NCBI RefSeq assembly: GCF_963921235.1
Contig: NC_086097.1
Span: 128,776,001 to 128,840,000, forward strand
Reading direction: 5' to 3'
Length of the DNA stretch: 64,000 bases
Source: Mobula hypostoma
Taxonomy: Eukaryota
Part shown: one piece after another, positions 37,830-51,124 of the stretch
Layout of the letters: each line of letters opens with the position of its first letter
How positions within the stretch are numbered: the stretch's first letter is position 1
Notes under the pieces: generated by a model
The model's input: only the letters and a program-made list of their open reading frames with translations
The model's database searches: none
Told to the model about the DNA's origin: nothing
Made by a program: the position numbers and the translations under genes

Positions 37830-38250
37830 GCCTGTTGCAGCCATCAAGGGGAGGAGACACCAGAGGCTGTGTGGTACAGTGTCCACGCGGGGTTGGAAGC
37901 TGCCCCTTCCATTGGCGCTGGCCTCCAGTGTTCGCTCAAGGGAAGACAAGTTGAATTGTATTAACCTGTGACTGCACTAGCACATGATGATTGGGGTGCT
38001 GCAGGCTTGTCGTGCCAACTACATCCCACACACCTTCAATCTACAGAACGTGACTCTTAGGGATCTGGAGCTTTATTGTTATTTTTTATGCGACTGTATG
38101 TTCACTGCTATCAGGATTATATGTGCCTTGTGCTGTGTATGATTGTGGGTACTGTGTTTTGCACCCTGAGCCCAGAAGAATGCTGTTTCGTTTGGCTGTG
38201 TTCATGCATATTCATGTATGGTTGAATGACAATTAAACTTGAACTTGAAA
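37830..38250 (+). mobile_element. Non-coding SINE-like element with (ttgaac)n tail
   Basis: The 3' ~170 bp are shared with 44780-44958; ends in aattaaacttgaacttgaa. Confidence 0.6.
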
Positions 38251-38319
38251 GTATCTTGACGTTCAACGTCCTGGTCTGGCACAGCAATTCAAATCCGCAG
38301 GAGTGTTTGAAGTTAAGGA

Positions 38320-38930
38320 GAGTAGTGGACTCATCGTGGGCTCTCTTTTACTGAGGTGGTCACACCCAGAGGGTGGGCTTCAGTTAGTGGATGGGTGACC
38401 ACCTGGAGCAGTAAGAAACAAGTCAATGCAGGGATCCCCTGTCACCATGCCCCTCAGTAAAAAGTATACCCCTTCAGATACTGCTGGGGGTGTGGGATGG
38501 CCTATCAGGGCACAGCAGCAGCTGCCAGGTCAGTGGCACTGTGGCCGGCTCCGAGGACCAGCAGTGAAGGGTAGAGACAGGCAGAGCGATAATGATATGA
38601 AACTCGATGGTCAGGGGAATGGACAGGAAGCTCTGTGGCCGTGAAAGAGATGCAAGGGTGTAGTGTTGCCTCACAGGTGCTTGGGTCCAAGATGTCTCGG
38701 AGCAGCTGCGGAATATTCTCAAGGTGGAGGGTTTTGTGGTGCACTTTGGCACCAATGATATCAGTAGAAGGAGGGCAAGGCCCTGTGTAGGGAATAGGGA
38801 GTTAAGAAAGAGGCTGAAGAAAAGGACTCCCAAGGTAGCGATCTCTGGATTACCCCTGGGGCCACAAGCTAGTCAGGGCAGGAACATGATGATAGTAGAG
38901 ATGAATGAGTGTTTGAGGAAGTGGTGTAAT
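38320..38930 (+). mobile_element. CR1 ORF1 (SGNH esterase-like) fragment
   Basis: Remnant peptides VVHFGTNDI, LKKRTPKVAISGL and MNECLRKWC; paralogous to 39155-40310. Confidence 0.75.
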
Positions 38931-39154
38931 AGAGTACAGCACAGAAACAGGCGCTTCAGCCTATCTAAGCCATGCCGAAACCTTTTAAGCTGCCTACTCC
39001 CAGTGACCTGCACTGGGAACATAGTCCTCCATACCCCGACTATTCATGTACCTATCCAAACTCCACTTAAACATTGAGATCGAGCTGGCATGCACCACTT
39101 GTGTTGGCAGCTTGTTCCACACTCTCAAAACCCTCTGAGTGAAGAAGACTCTCT

Positions 39155-42100
39155 GGCACTGAGTCTGCCTTTGTTACTCAGAAGGGAAGGGGAGGGGAGC
39201 AAGAGGCAGTAGTGATAGAGGTTTCCATAGTTAGAGAAGCTTACAGGAGACTCTGTGGATCTGAAAGAGATATCTGGGTGGTGTGTTGCCTTCCGACTTC
39301 CAGGGTCAGGAAAGTATCGGATCAGGTCTGCAGCGTTCCAAAGGGCGAGAGTGAGCAGCCAGATGTCAAGATTCATATTGATACTAATAACATAGGCAGG
39401 AAAAGGGAGGAGGTCCTGAAGAGGGAATATTGAGATTTGGATAGAAAGCTGAAATGCAGGACAACTGGACTGGTCAAAGAACACTGAGGCTGTCTGCAAG
39501 AAGGGTCAGAGCCGTCTCTATTTCCTGAGGAGACTGAGGTCCTTTAACATCTGCTGGACGATGCTGAGGATGTTGTACGAGTCTGTGGCGGCCAGTGCTA
39601 TCATGTTTGCTGTTGTGTGCTGGGGCAGCAGGCTGAGGGTAGCAGACACCAACAGAATCAACAAACTCATTCGTAAGGCCAGTGATGTTGTGGGGATGGA
39701 ACTGGACTCTTTCACGGTGGTGTCTGAAAAGAGGATGCTGTCTAAGTTGCATGCCATCTTGGTCAATGTCTCCCATCCACTACATAATGTACTGGGTGGG
39801 CACAGGAGTACATTCAGCCAGAGACTCATTCCACCGAGATGCAACACAGAGCGTCATAGGAAGTCATTCCTGCCTGTGGCCATCAAACTTTACAACTCCT
39901 CCCTTGGAGGGTCAGACACCCTGAGCCAATAGGCTGGTCCTGGACTTACTTCATAATTTACTGGCATAATTTACATATTACTATTTAACTATTTATGGTT
40001 TTATTACTATTTATTATTTATGGTGCAACTATAACAAAAACCAATTTCCCCAGGGATCTATAAAGTATGACTATGACTAGGGTAGTAATCTCCTTTTTAC
40101 TGCCTGGGACAAACACCAGTGAGGGTCATTTGGCAGATGAATGTGTAGCTGAGGAATTGGTGCGGGGGACAGGATTTCAGATTTCTGGACCATTGGGGTC
40201 TGTTCTGGGGAAGGTATGACCGATAGAAAAATGGCGGGTTACATCTGAATCTGAGAGGGACCAATATCCTTGTGAGCGGGTTTGACAGAACTGTTGGGGA
40301 GGATGTAATCTAATTTGACAGGGAGCTGGGAATCAGAGTGACAGGACTGAAGATGGAGCAGTTGCTATACAAGTAGATACAGTGTACACTGAAACTGTAA
40401 GGAAGGACAGGCAGATAATAGAGCAAAATTGCAGTCATTGGGATGAGTTGAAGTGTAACATGGGAGTAAAATTGAAAAGGGTGATGAATACAGGACTGAA
40501 GGTGCTACTTTTGAATGCAGCTAATTAAGGAGAGTAAGGTAGATGATCTTTTACTGCAGTTAGAGAACGGCAGGTATGGTGTTGTGGGCATCACTAAATC
40601 AAGACTTAAAGAAGATCATTGTTGGGAGCTTAATATCAAAAGCTGACAGGAGGTTCAGTGAATGTGAAATAGATACCCAGATGGCATGTTGCCTCCCGGA
40701 CACCAGGGTCAGAGATTGCTCAAATCTGGTCCACAGGCAGGTAGGCAGAGGCGGGTGAGGTGGCTCTGTTGGTAAACAATCAAATCAAATCAAATCCTTA
40801 AAAAGGGGTGAGATAGGACCAGAAGATGTAGAATCCTTCAGGGTAGAGTTCAGAAATTGCAAGGGTAAAAAGACCCTGTTGGGAGTTACATACTGGTATC
40901 CAAACAGTAGCCAAGATGTGGGGTACAAATTACAATGGGAGATAGTAAAGGTATGTAGGAAAAGCAAAGTAACAATAATAAGGGTGAATTCAATATGCAG
41001 GTAGATTGGGAGAATCAGGTTGGTGTTGGATCCCAAGAGTTTGTAGTTTGCTCGTGAGTTGGCTTTTTAGAGCAGCTTCTGATTGTGCCTCCTAGGGGAA
41101 AGGTAATTCTAGATTGGGTGTTGTATAATGAACCAGATTTGATTAGGGAGCTTAAGATAAAGGAACCCTTAGGAGGCAGAAATCATAATGTGATAGAATT
41201 CACCCTCCAACTTGAGAGGGAGAAGCTAAAGTCAGATGTATCAATATTAGAGTGGAGTAAGGAGAATTACACAGGTATGAAAGAGGAGCTGGCTAAAGCT
41301 GATTGGAAGGGGACACTAGCAGGGATGATAACAGAACAGCAATCGCTAGAGCTTCTGGGAGCATTTTAGAAGGCACAGGATAACTACATCCCAAAGAAGA
41401 AAAAGTATTCTAAAGGGAAGATGATGCAACCATGGCTGACAGGAGAAGTGAAAGACAGCATAAAAACAAAAGAGAGGGCGTATAATATAGCAATAATTAG
41501 TGGAAATTAGAATATTGGGAAGCTTTTAAAAACTAACAGAAAACAATTAAAAAAGCCATAAGGCCAGAAAACCTAAAACATGAAGGTAGGGCATCCAAAA
41601 TTATCGAAGAGTATACCAAAGGTTCTGCAGATATTTATAGAGTAACAGAGAGGTGAGACTGGACATTGAACTGCTGGAAAACGATGCTGGAGAGATAATA
41701 ATAGGGGACAAAGAAATGGCAAGTGAACTTAAGTATTTTGCAACAGTCTTCACTGTGGAAGACACCATATAGACTACACCCCAGGGTTCTGAAAGAGGTA
41801 GCTGAAGAGATTGTGGAGGCATTAATAATGATCTTTCAAGAATCACTAGATTCCGCAATGGCTCTGGAGGACTGGAAAACTGAAAATGTCACTACACTCT
41901 GCAAGAAGGAAGGGAGGGAGGCAAAAGAAAGGAAATTATGGATCAGGTAGCCTGACCTCAGTGGTTGGAAAGATGTTGGACATCCATTATTAAGGATGAG
42001 ATCTCAGGGCTGTTGGAGGCACATACTAAAACAGGCTAAAGTCAGTATGGTTTCCATAAGGGAAAGTCTTGCCTGACAAATCTGTTAGAATTCTTTGAGG

Positions 42101-43290
42101 GACTAATGAGAAGGATAGACAAAGGAGAGTCAGTGTATGTTGTTTACTTGGATTTTCAGAAGTCCATTGACAAGATGCCACACATGAGACTGTTTAATAA
42201 GATAAGAGCCCATGGTATCACAGGAAAGATGTCAGCATGGATAGAAGACTGGCTGACTGGCTAGAGGCAAGGAATGGGAATAAAGGGTGTATTTTCTGCT
42301 TGGCTTATGGGGAATAGTGTTGTTCCACAGGAGTCAGTGTCTGGACCACATTTTTTCATGTTATATGTCAATAACTTGGATGATGGAATTGATGGCTCTG
42401 CTTTCAAGTTTACATATAATACAAAGGTACGTGAAAGGGCAGGTAGTGTTGAGGAAACAGGGAGTCTGCAGAAGGGCTTAGATAGATTGGGAGAATGAGC
42501 AAAGAAGTGGCAGATGGAATACAGTGTTGAGAAGTATATGCACGTTGGTAGAAGGAGTAAAGGCATAAACTATTTTCTGCACAGAGAAAACAATTCTAAA
42601 ATCAGAATTGCAAAGGGACTTGGGAGTCCTTGTGCAGGGTTCCCTAAAGATTAACTTGCAGGTTGAGTCAATAGTAAGGAAGGCAAATGCAATGTTAGCA
42701 TTCACTTTGAGAGGACTAGAATATAAAGGTAAGGCTTTAATAAGGCATAGGTCAGTGAGTATTGTGGGCAGTTTAGGACCTCTTATTGAAGAAAAGATAT
42801 GCTGGCATTGGAGAGGGTCCAAAAGAGGTTCACAAGACTGATTCTGGGAATGAAAGGGTTAATATTTGAGGAGCGTTTGATGGCTTTGGGCCTGCATTCA
42901 CAGGAGTTTAGGAGAGGATCTCATTGAAACCGGTCTAATATTAAAAGGCCTTGAGAGCATGGTTGTAGAGAGATCATTTTCTATATTGTGGGGAGTCTAG
43001 GACCAGGCTCGGAATAGGGACGTGTTCATTTAAAACAGAGATAAAGAGGAATTTCTTTAGCCAGAGGGCAATGCATTTGTGGAATTCATTGCCACAGACA
43101 GCTATTGGAAATATTTAAAGTGGAGGATGATGATTTTGTGATTAGTCATGATGTTAAAGGGTATGGGGAGGCGGCTAGAAAATGGGGTTGAGAGGGTTCA
43201 TAAATCGGCCATGATAGAATGGTGGAACAGACCTCGATGGACTGAATGGCCTAATTCTGCTCCTTTGTCTTATGGTTTTTGGTCTTATAA
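39155..43290 (+). mobile_element. Long decayed CR1 (ORF1 esterase + ORF2, many stops and frameshifts), interrupted at ~39462-40079
   Basis: ORF1 remnants VVCCLP..RV..VSD...GESEQPDV.IHI.TNNIG. ORF2 remnants ILDWVL.NEP.LI, LHPRVLKEVAEEIVEAL and QRDLGVLV. tcttatgg tail at ~43268-43288. Confidence 0.9.
39462..40079 (+). mobile_element. Young Rex1-like LINE 3' fragment inserted in CR1 ORF1
   Basis: Open C-terminal frame (LYFLRRLRSFNIC..MLRM.YESV.ASAI.FAVVCWG...HPLH...RHRKSFLPVAIKLYN) and a (tatgac)n tail. CR1 ORF1 resumes at agggtagtaatctc. Confidence 0.9.
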
Positions 43291-44111
43291 TTTATGTTTA
43301 TTTTATGTTTTTCATGTGAATAGCATGCATCTGATGCCATGGACCTGTGATACTGCTGCAAGTTTTTCATTGCACCCGTGCATACATATACTTGTGTATA
43401 TACCAATAAACCTGATTTTAGTTTTGACAGATTTTATTTTCAAACATAAACCCATCTCAGGTAGAGCACTGAGGCAGTATTGAACTGATCTTCCAAGTTG
43501 TAGTTTAAGACAGACACACCTCTGTACAGCAACAGGCCACTGTGTCCATGCTGATGATTAAACATTAATAACAAATCAATTCTACATTAATCCCATTTTA
43601 TTCTTCTTGCATTCCTATCAACTTCCCATAGATTCTTGCACTCACCTACACACTAGGAGCAATTTACAGCAGCCAATTTACCCACTTACATGTCTTCGGG
43701 CTGCAGGAGGGAACGAGTACTCGAAATAAGTCACAGGAAAAAGATGCAAACTGCACACATCAGCACCAGATGTTTGGATTGAAATCGGATCATTGGCGCA
43801 GTGAGGCAGCTGACTACTAAGTGTGCTGCTTGCTATGGCAAAATGGAGATAAAACCAAAGCTGATGCCACTACACCACCAGCCAGACAGCAGAGACTAAT
43901 GTTGCTTTTAAATGAAATGGTCAGCAGGTTGCACATTGTCCTGACTTGAAAATACACCACTCTCATTCCTCATCATGGGACCTAATTCCAGGAACTCCCC
44001 ACCCAACATGTATCAGAAGGCTCAAGAAAGTAGTTCATCATCACCTTCTATGGTGATAGCTCTTTGAGTATATCACCAAATCAGCTACATTGACTGACAA
44101 ATTTCCAATCT

Positions 44112-44958
44112 TGATGGGAAGATGGTGGCACGTTTGGATGCAAGTGGCCTCTCAGAGGCGAACCAAAGGTGTTTCCGTCTTTTTTAATCATCTTTTTTTT
44201 ACGATCGCAAGACAAAGCTGGACATGAAGAACTTTAGGTACTGCAGGTCTACTCCATCAGTGAGCTGCTTCTTGGCAGAGGAGTTGGTGTAGATTATGTG
44301 CTGCAAGTTGCCATCAGACTCCGTGCGCAAAGGAGGTTGGCTGTCTAACAGCACCTTGTTGTCTTAAATGTTCTTGGATGTTTCTCTTGCGATCTGAAGA
44401 CCCTGTTGAACATTGATAACTTAAAATGCTGTTAGTCTGTTCCCCTTGTTTATTGGTGAGACAGATGGCGTGGGAGCTGCGTGGCCTCAGTCATATCGAG
44501 GTTTAAGCCTCAAAAGTCAGGCTTGCCTATTGCAACAGTCCAGGAGAGGAGATGGCAGAGGTGGTGTAGAGCGGCGTCCATGCTGGGCTGGAGGCTGGCC
44601 CCTTCTCTCATTGCAGCCTTTTAGTGTTCAATCGGTGGAATGACAAGATGGATATATGTGTGCGCATGCATGTTTATGTTTGTCTGCGGAAGGCTAAGAA
44701 CTGCTTGCTCCTGCCAATAGCACCCATACACCATCAATTTATAGGACATGTCACTCAGGGACGTGGGTTATCATATATAGAGTATTTTTAGTGACTGTAT
44801 GTTTTACTGGTATCTTATATGTGCTATGCATGCCTTGTGCTGTGTTATGACTATGTTTTGCATCTTGGCCTCAGTGAAAACTGTTTCCTTTGGTTGTATT
44901 CATAGGTATTCATGTATGGTTGATGATAATTAAAGCTGAACCGGAACTTGAACTTGAA
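44112..44958 (+). mobile_element. Non-coding SINE-like element (5' ggaagatggtggc, 3' ttgaac tail)
   Basis: The 3' part matches 38080-38250; the 5' motif aagatggtggcacg also occurs on the minus strand at ~7549-7562. Confidence 0.55.
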
Positions 44959-45599
44959 GCATTCTAAAAGGTATGGTAGAAAAATAGTTTCCCAGTACAC
45001 TTTATTAAAACAATTTATAGCTTGACATAATGCTTCAAGTAGAGTTCAGAGATGTACAAGATATTTTTTAAGATAAATCCAGATGATGCAAATGATTTTC
45101 TGTCTTATTCATTTGGGCTTCAAGATCCTATGGCATCAAATCTGAAAAATAGAAAAGACATTGGCAACTCAGGAATGATGGCACATTTCCATGTCCAACA
45201 CACAAACAATGGATTTGCATGATCAATTTTACACGATCCAAGCATCTATTCTGCACGCTACAATTGTGCAACACTGGTGGGGTGGGATCACTGACACTGA
45301 ATGCTTTGATCTGAATGCCCATCTCAAGTTACATAACTATCTCTAAGTTTTCCAGTAGATGTTGTAGGGAAATGAGCAGATGCTAGCTCATACTTGACTG
45401 TTTCTGAACATTTAGCCCACGGGACAATGCTCACCCTGGACTTCTGTAAAGGTACATTGTATTCCCTCCATAAGTCCCTCCATCTATTAAATATTGTGTG
45501 GAATGCCTTTGGATTTTTTTTATACTCAGTGAGATATATAAATGGATGCTTTTGCCACTATAATAGTTATTGTGCATGGAAACACTTACAGTCATATTC

Positions 45600-45920
45600 T
45601 ATAAACAGATCCTCTGGCCCATTGAGTAAACACCAATCATCAAGCACCCATTCATACTAGTCAATTTTATTCTCTCCATATTCCCATCAAGTTGCTCTAG
45701 CTTCTATCATTCATCTATGTGTGTGGGGAAATTTTACAGTAGCCAATTAACTCACTAACCTGAATTTCTTTAGGCTGTGGGAGGTAGCCGGAGCACCTAG
45801 GGAAACCTAGGCGGTCACAAGGTGAACATGCAAACCCCATACAAACAGCACCAAAGGTCATTAGTGACCCCGAGTTGCGGAAGCTGTGCGGAGGCAGTTC
45901 TACCAACTGTGCCACAGTTC
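45600..45920 (-). mobile_element. V-SINE (HE1-like)
   Basis: Minus strand tggcacagttggtagaactgc...gtatggggtttgcatgttcaccttgtgacc...ttaattggctactgtaaa. Further copies lie at ~43540-43830, ~59880-60135 and ~63765-63975. Confidence 0.75.
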
Positions 45921-46754
45921 TGCCTTGATTTACACTTCAAAACAATTAAAGTAAAAGCATGAACAGTTACTAAAAATGATGGTTGATAATAAGCAGCCTG
46001 TGGTATATACTTATGTGGCTGATGTGTTAACTATGAGTTTGCTATACCTTGAATATATTCCCACTGTGTTCCATAGAGCCCTTCCTGGTTATAAATGAAC
46101 AACCCCATCAATTGCACTTCATTAACCATTAATACACTTAGTGAGTTTTTCTTGCATTGGAATCCAACAATTTATTACCCAAAAGCAAGGATAAAACCAT
46201 TGAATGTAATTGAATTAAGCTGCGCTCAGCATTTAAAACTGATTTGTTGGCAAATTAAAGTATTGCATTGCTAAATTATAAGTAAATAATTTAACTTCCT
46301 GAAGGTAGTTTAAATTTGTTCAGTTCTTGCTGTGATGGAGTACGTGACATGCTCTAATCTCTTTTGGTTACAGAAATCCATTAGTACAGCTCATGCTTGG
46401 GCTATTTTGTTTCTCTGTGAGGACTGAAACTGTGGGCCATCACGTCGTATTAATTAACCTGCACAGAGCAGCAAGAGTTGTGAATATCATCAAATGGTCT
46501 GTCCCAAATCTCTCAGCGTACAGAAAAAAAAAGCACAAATCGCCACTTTCACTCACCAATAGAATAATGGCTTGTTGTAGAAACATAAAATAAGAGCAGG
46601 GACTATCTAGCCTTTTGAGTCCACTCCATTGCTCATTACAATCAAGGCTGCTTATCCAAACTCAGGAACTAGTTTCAACTTTCTCCCTACATCCCTTCAT
46701 CCCACTAGCCCTAAAAAATAAATTATAAATCCTTCTTGAGTGTACTTATACTTC

Positions 46755-47390
46755 AACAAGAAGGAGTGTGAGCACGCACCGGTCTGCATTGGTGGAGAGA
46801 GTCAGCAGTATTAACACATCAGATGACCCTGTCCTTGGTCCAGCACACAGATGCAACCATTAGGAAGGTGTACTAGAGTCCTTATGTTATTAGGAGATTG
46901 TCACTGAACATTGCAACAAATTTCTACAGAATTGCTGTTGAAAGTACCCTGTCTGCTACATCACGTTTGGTACGGCAATTCAAATGCACAAGAATGTAAG
47001 ACACTGCAGAGAGCAGTAGACTATGCTCAATGCATCATGGGTATATCCTCTGCCATGATCAGTCATATCTACCGGAAATACTACCTCAAGAAGGCAACAT
47101 CCACCAACAAAGAACACCACCCGGGCCATGCCACCTCTCACAGCGACCCGCAGGCAGGAGGTACAGAAGTTTGAAGACCGACACGATCCGATTCAAGATT
47201 AGTTACTTCCTCTCAACCATTCAGATCTTGAACCAACTGAACCAAGTGTTACAAATTTTGCAGCACTTTGATCACTTTGCACTAGAATGCACTGCTTTTG
47301 TTCTAATTGTGTTCTTTCTTCTATAATTGTGTACAATTTGTGTTTTGTTTATGTTTTTCTTGTGAATGTTGCTTATCTAATGCTATACAC
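46755..47390 (+). mobile_element. Decayed Rex1-like LINE 3' fragment
   Basis: VWYGNS...LQRAV..AQ.I.G; HHPGH; GRRYRSLKT.T.RFK.SYF...I.ILN. Confidence 0.8.
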
Positions 47391-47821
47391 TGTACACAAT
47401 TCCTCCTACAGATCTGTTGTCTCATAACCAGGGAATAAATAAAGCAAAGAAGCTATCCTGTTCATTTCTTATTGATACTGGACATAAGTCCAATGACTAA
47501 AGCAACAATAAATTACATTGATATATTACTCCTTATGAAGCAAAATACTCTGGACATTGCCCTGGAACGTTAAGTTGATCTTCAGCCACATAAGGAGGTA
47601 GCAGCAGAGAAGAATAAAGTTTGGATGAAGTGGTAAGTTTTGAGATGCTTGAAGGAAATGAGGATTGGAGAGGAAAACCCAAAATTCAAGACACTAAGGA
47701 TGTGTAGGATTAAAAGAAAGGCAAAAATCTAGAGTGAAATAGGAAAGGAAATTACAATTCCAGCACAATTCATTGTTCCTAGTAATTAATCCATTCCTTG
47801 GTTATGGTCCCCAACTCTTCT

Positions 47822-48628
47822 TGTACGATACTGATGACAGCATTGGTGCTGCTTCATTGCCTCCAACTTACAGCTTGCTCTTAAATTCACTTGGTCCATT
47901 TCTGACACCTCTCTTGCCTTTTTGATCACTCCGTCTCCATGTCTGGAGACAAAATGTCTACCGACATCTTTTATAATCCGACTGATTCAGAGATGTCCTC
48001 CTTTTTCTAAGAACGGGGCTTCCTTTCCTCCTCCATTGATGCTGTCCTCACCTGCATCTCCGTTCCCCCCAACTTCCCACTGCCTTCACAGGGATAGAGT
48101 TCCTCTTCTCCTCATCTACCACACCACGAGCCTTCACATCCAACACATCATTCTCTGCAACTTGTACCATCTTCAGCGGGATCCTACCACCAAACACAAC
48201 CTGAAAGCATGAACATCGATTTCTCCTTCTGGTAATTTTTTTCCTTCTTCCTTCCCTCTTCTTCTCTTCCCCACTCTGGCCTCTTACCGCTTCTTCTCAC
48301 CTGCCTACCAACTGGCCCTGGTCCCCCTCTTTCTTCCATTTCTCCCATGATCCATTCTCCTCTCCTATCAGATTCCTTCTTCACCAGCCCTTTACCTTTC
48401 CCGCCCAATTGGCTTCACGTTTCACTCTCTAGCTAGTCCTTCTTCCTCTCCCCCCATCTTTTTATTCTTCTGTCCTCCCCCTTCCTTTCCAGCCCTGAAG
48501 AAGAGCCCCAGCCCAAAATGTCAACTGTTTATTCATTTCGATAGATGTTGCCTGACCTGCTGAGTTCGTCCAACATTTTGTGTGTCTTGCTCTGGATTTC
48601 CAGCATCTGTACAATCACTTGTGTTTAC
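47822..48628 (+). mobile_element. Internally deleted Penelope-like element
   Basis: RY(fs)DDSIGAAS, ALKFTWSISDTSLAF and STDIFYNPTDS (PLE RT), then the terminal MNIDFSFW* segment, a pyrimidine tract and a degenerate hammerhead at 48490-48527. Confidence 0.85.
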
Positions 48629-49744
48629 AATTCATTGTTCTTTAGGAAGGATACTTAACTCTTTGTGTGGCAAATTGTCATCTGGCAAGGAGGGAGAATT
48701 TAATACACTTTGTGAAGGGAAATTGAAAATAAAGGAACAGAAGCTGCTTCAGAGAGAAAAAAATATCTCCTCTAGCTCATCTGTTTTTAATCTGTGAGAA
48801 AGCAGTAGGTTCTCCAAGAGACACGGGTCCTGGCGTCGTGTGCGTCAAATTATGGCATCACCCAACAACACAGCACAGCTTGAACTGTCCTGATGAGATC
48901 CAGCTCTGTGTTACACCTGCCCTGTGTTACAAGCAAGCACCATTAGCATGCAAATCAACACATTCGGGCTGCACTTTTCCTTCACACGAGTTGCAGAGTC
49001 TGGTGAAAAAGGGGAAAGCAAGTTGGCTGCAAACTGGAGGTTGTTACTAACTCTGAGAAGCAGATGCTATTGCTTTGCTTGCGTTCAGAAGATGGCAGTG
49101 CCAGGCTCCCACATTCACGACTCCTTCACAGCCTCCTCTCGACTTTGCAGTCTGACCTTTATTCCAACAAGATCACGTGAGGATATAACTAGGCATAAAA
49201 TGGCATTTGGAGTTTATATGCAGCTGAAAGAAGATATTTCAGGATGCAGATAATATTATTGCTGCATGTATTGAGATACAGTGCAAAGATTTTGTTTGCA
49301 TATCATCCAGATAGATCATGCCGTACTTAAATACGTCAAGGTAGTATGAATGCAGAACACAGCATTACAGTTACAGAGAAAGTGCAGTGCAGTTAGACAA
49401 ATAAAGTGCAAGGGCCACGACAAGGTAGATTAGGAGATCAGGAGCTCATCGTTCAGTGTTCAACCCTGTAATAGTGGGATAGAAGTTGCCCTTGAATCTG
49501 GTGGTACATGCTCTCAAGGTTTTGTAACTTCTGCTTGATGAGAGAAGGGCAAGAGAGAATGACCTCAGTGGGAAGGGTCCTTGGTTATGCTGTCTGCTTT
49601 CACAAGGCAGCAAGAGGTGTAGACAAAGTCAATGGAGGGGAATCTGGTTTTGTGCGATAGACTGGGCTATGTTCAAAACTCTCTGCAAGTTCTTGTGATG
49701 TTTGGCAGAGCATATCAAGCTGTGACGCATCAGAGCAGGATGAC

Positions 49745-50247
49745 AAGAAACCTGAGCAGCCGAATAGAAATGTGTACCATGTCAAACAGTGAACACATCA
49801 CAAGCATCTTGCTGGAAATTCAGTCAGTATAAGTACACTCCACTCAATTGCTTGCACACACTCTAGGCCGGACCGTTGAAGTGGACATTCTATTCGGAGC
49901 GCTGTCACAGAGACTGATTAGCTGATAGATAGAGGAAAAGACGTGCTCCTTGAAGAAATGCATTATCCCCACTGACTCCTGGGAATCTGGCCCATGACCA
50001 TTCCAAGTGGAGAATAAGCATTTGGGACGATGTAATGAATTGTCAGACCACACATCACATGCAGAACAAGGCACTGAGGATGTGGCAAAGGGGCTGCACC
50101 AGCTGAGAAACTACCTTCTCATCCCATTAGGCACCTTCTGCCCAACCTGTACAAGAGTTACTCCATTGACCTCATCAGTCACCTGAGAGCCTTGTCCTGG
50201 AAGCGGGTCATCCTTGAATCTGAGGGACTGCCTGTGAAGGAGAAGAA
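49745..50247 (+). mobile_element. Decayed RTE-like LINE 3' end
   Basis: CPTC...LISHLR-like zinc-finger remnant near 50138-50190, followed by gtcatccttgaatctgagggactgcc...gaaggagaaga. Confidence 0.5.
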
Positions 50248-51124
50248 ATTATGTGCTGAAGTGACAGAGTGAAAAAAAATGAACAATTTTAAAGGGATCT
50301 AACAAAGAGATCTATTAGCATGTGCACAGTAGTTTCCTGAAAGAGAGTGTCAGCTGAGAAAATGGGTTTAAAAAAAAACACAAGGGATTCTGACCTTTAT
50401 AAGTAGAAGCATGAAATACCTGAAAGTCACGATTAATTTTATAAAAGGCTGGTTCTGAAACAGCCGGAATATAACGCTCACCTGGGCACCAGACTTTGGG
50501 AAAGATGCTTCCTAAGGTTTGTGGCACTTTAGAAAATGTCAGAAGTGTTAAAATAATTCCAGGAGTAAGGGATTTTAGAGTCATGGATTTCAGATTCAGA
50601 GATCTACAGCATTGAGATTGGCCAGTGTTTTATGCCTATTTGCATTAATCCCACTTGTCCACATTGGGACTGTATACTCTCATACCTTGCTTATTAAATT
50701 TTTGCCTGAGTTTTCTTAAATATAGCCCTTCGGCTCATAGTGCTTGTGCTGAACATGATACGAATTTAAACTACACATTTGCCTGTACAAGGTCTGTATC
50801 CCTCTGTACCCTGCCTGTTCATGCACTTGTCTAAACCTCTTAAATGTTGTCATCGTATCTGCTTCTGCCACCTCTCCTAGCAGTGCGCTGTTCCCTGTGT
50901 AAAAGCTTGTCATTTTCTCCTTTTCAGTATATAATAATGTAACCAAGAATTGAGTGCCTGGTCATGGACCATTAGCCACAGAAAAGCAGGAGAGAGATTT
51001 TGTCTTTTCGCTTCTTCTCCACTGAAGCAACGACTGAGGTGGTTTAGTATGTGGTTCAGTTTGGTTGGCATGGCCACTAGAGTGATTTGTATTTCATTTT
51101 CCATCGACAAGGTATGTCATGTAG

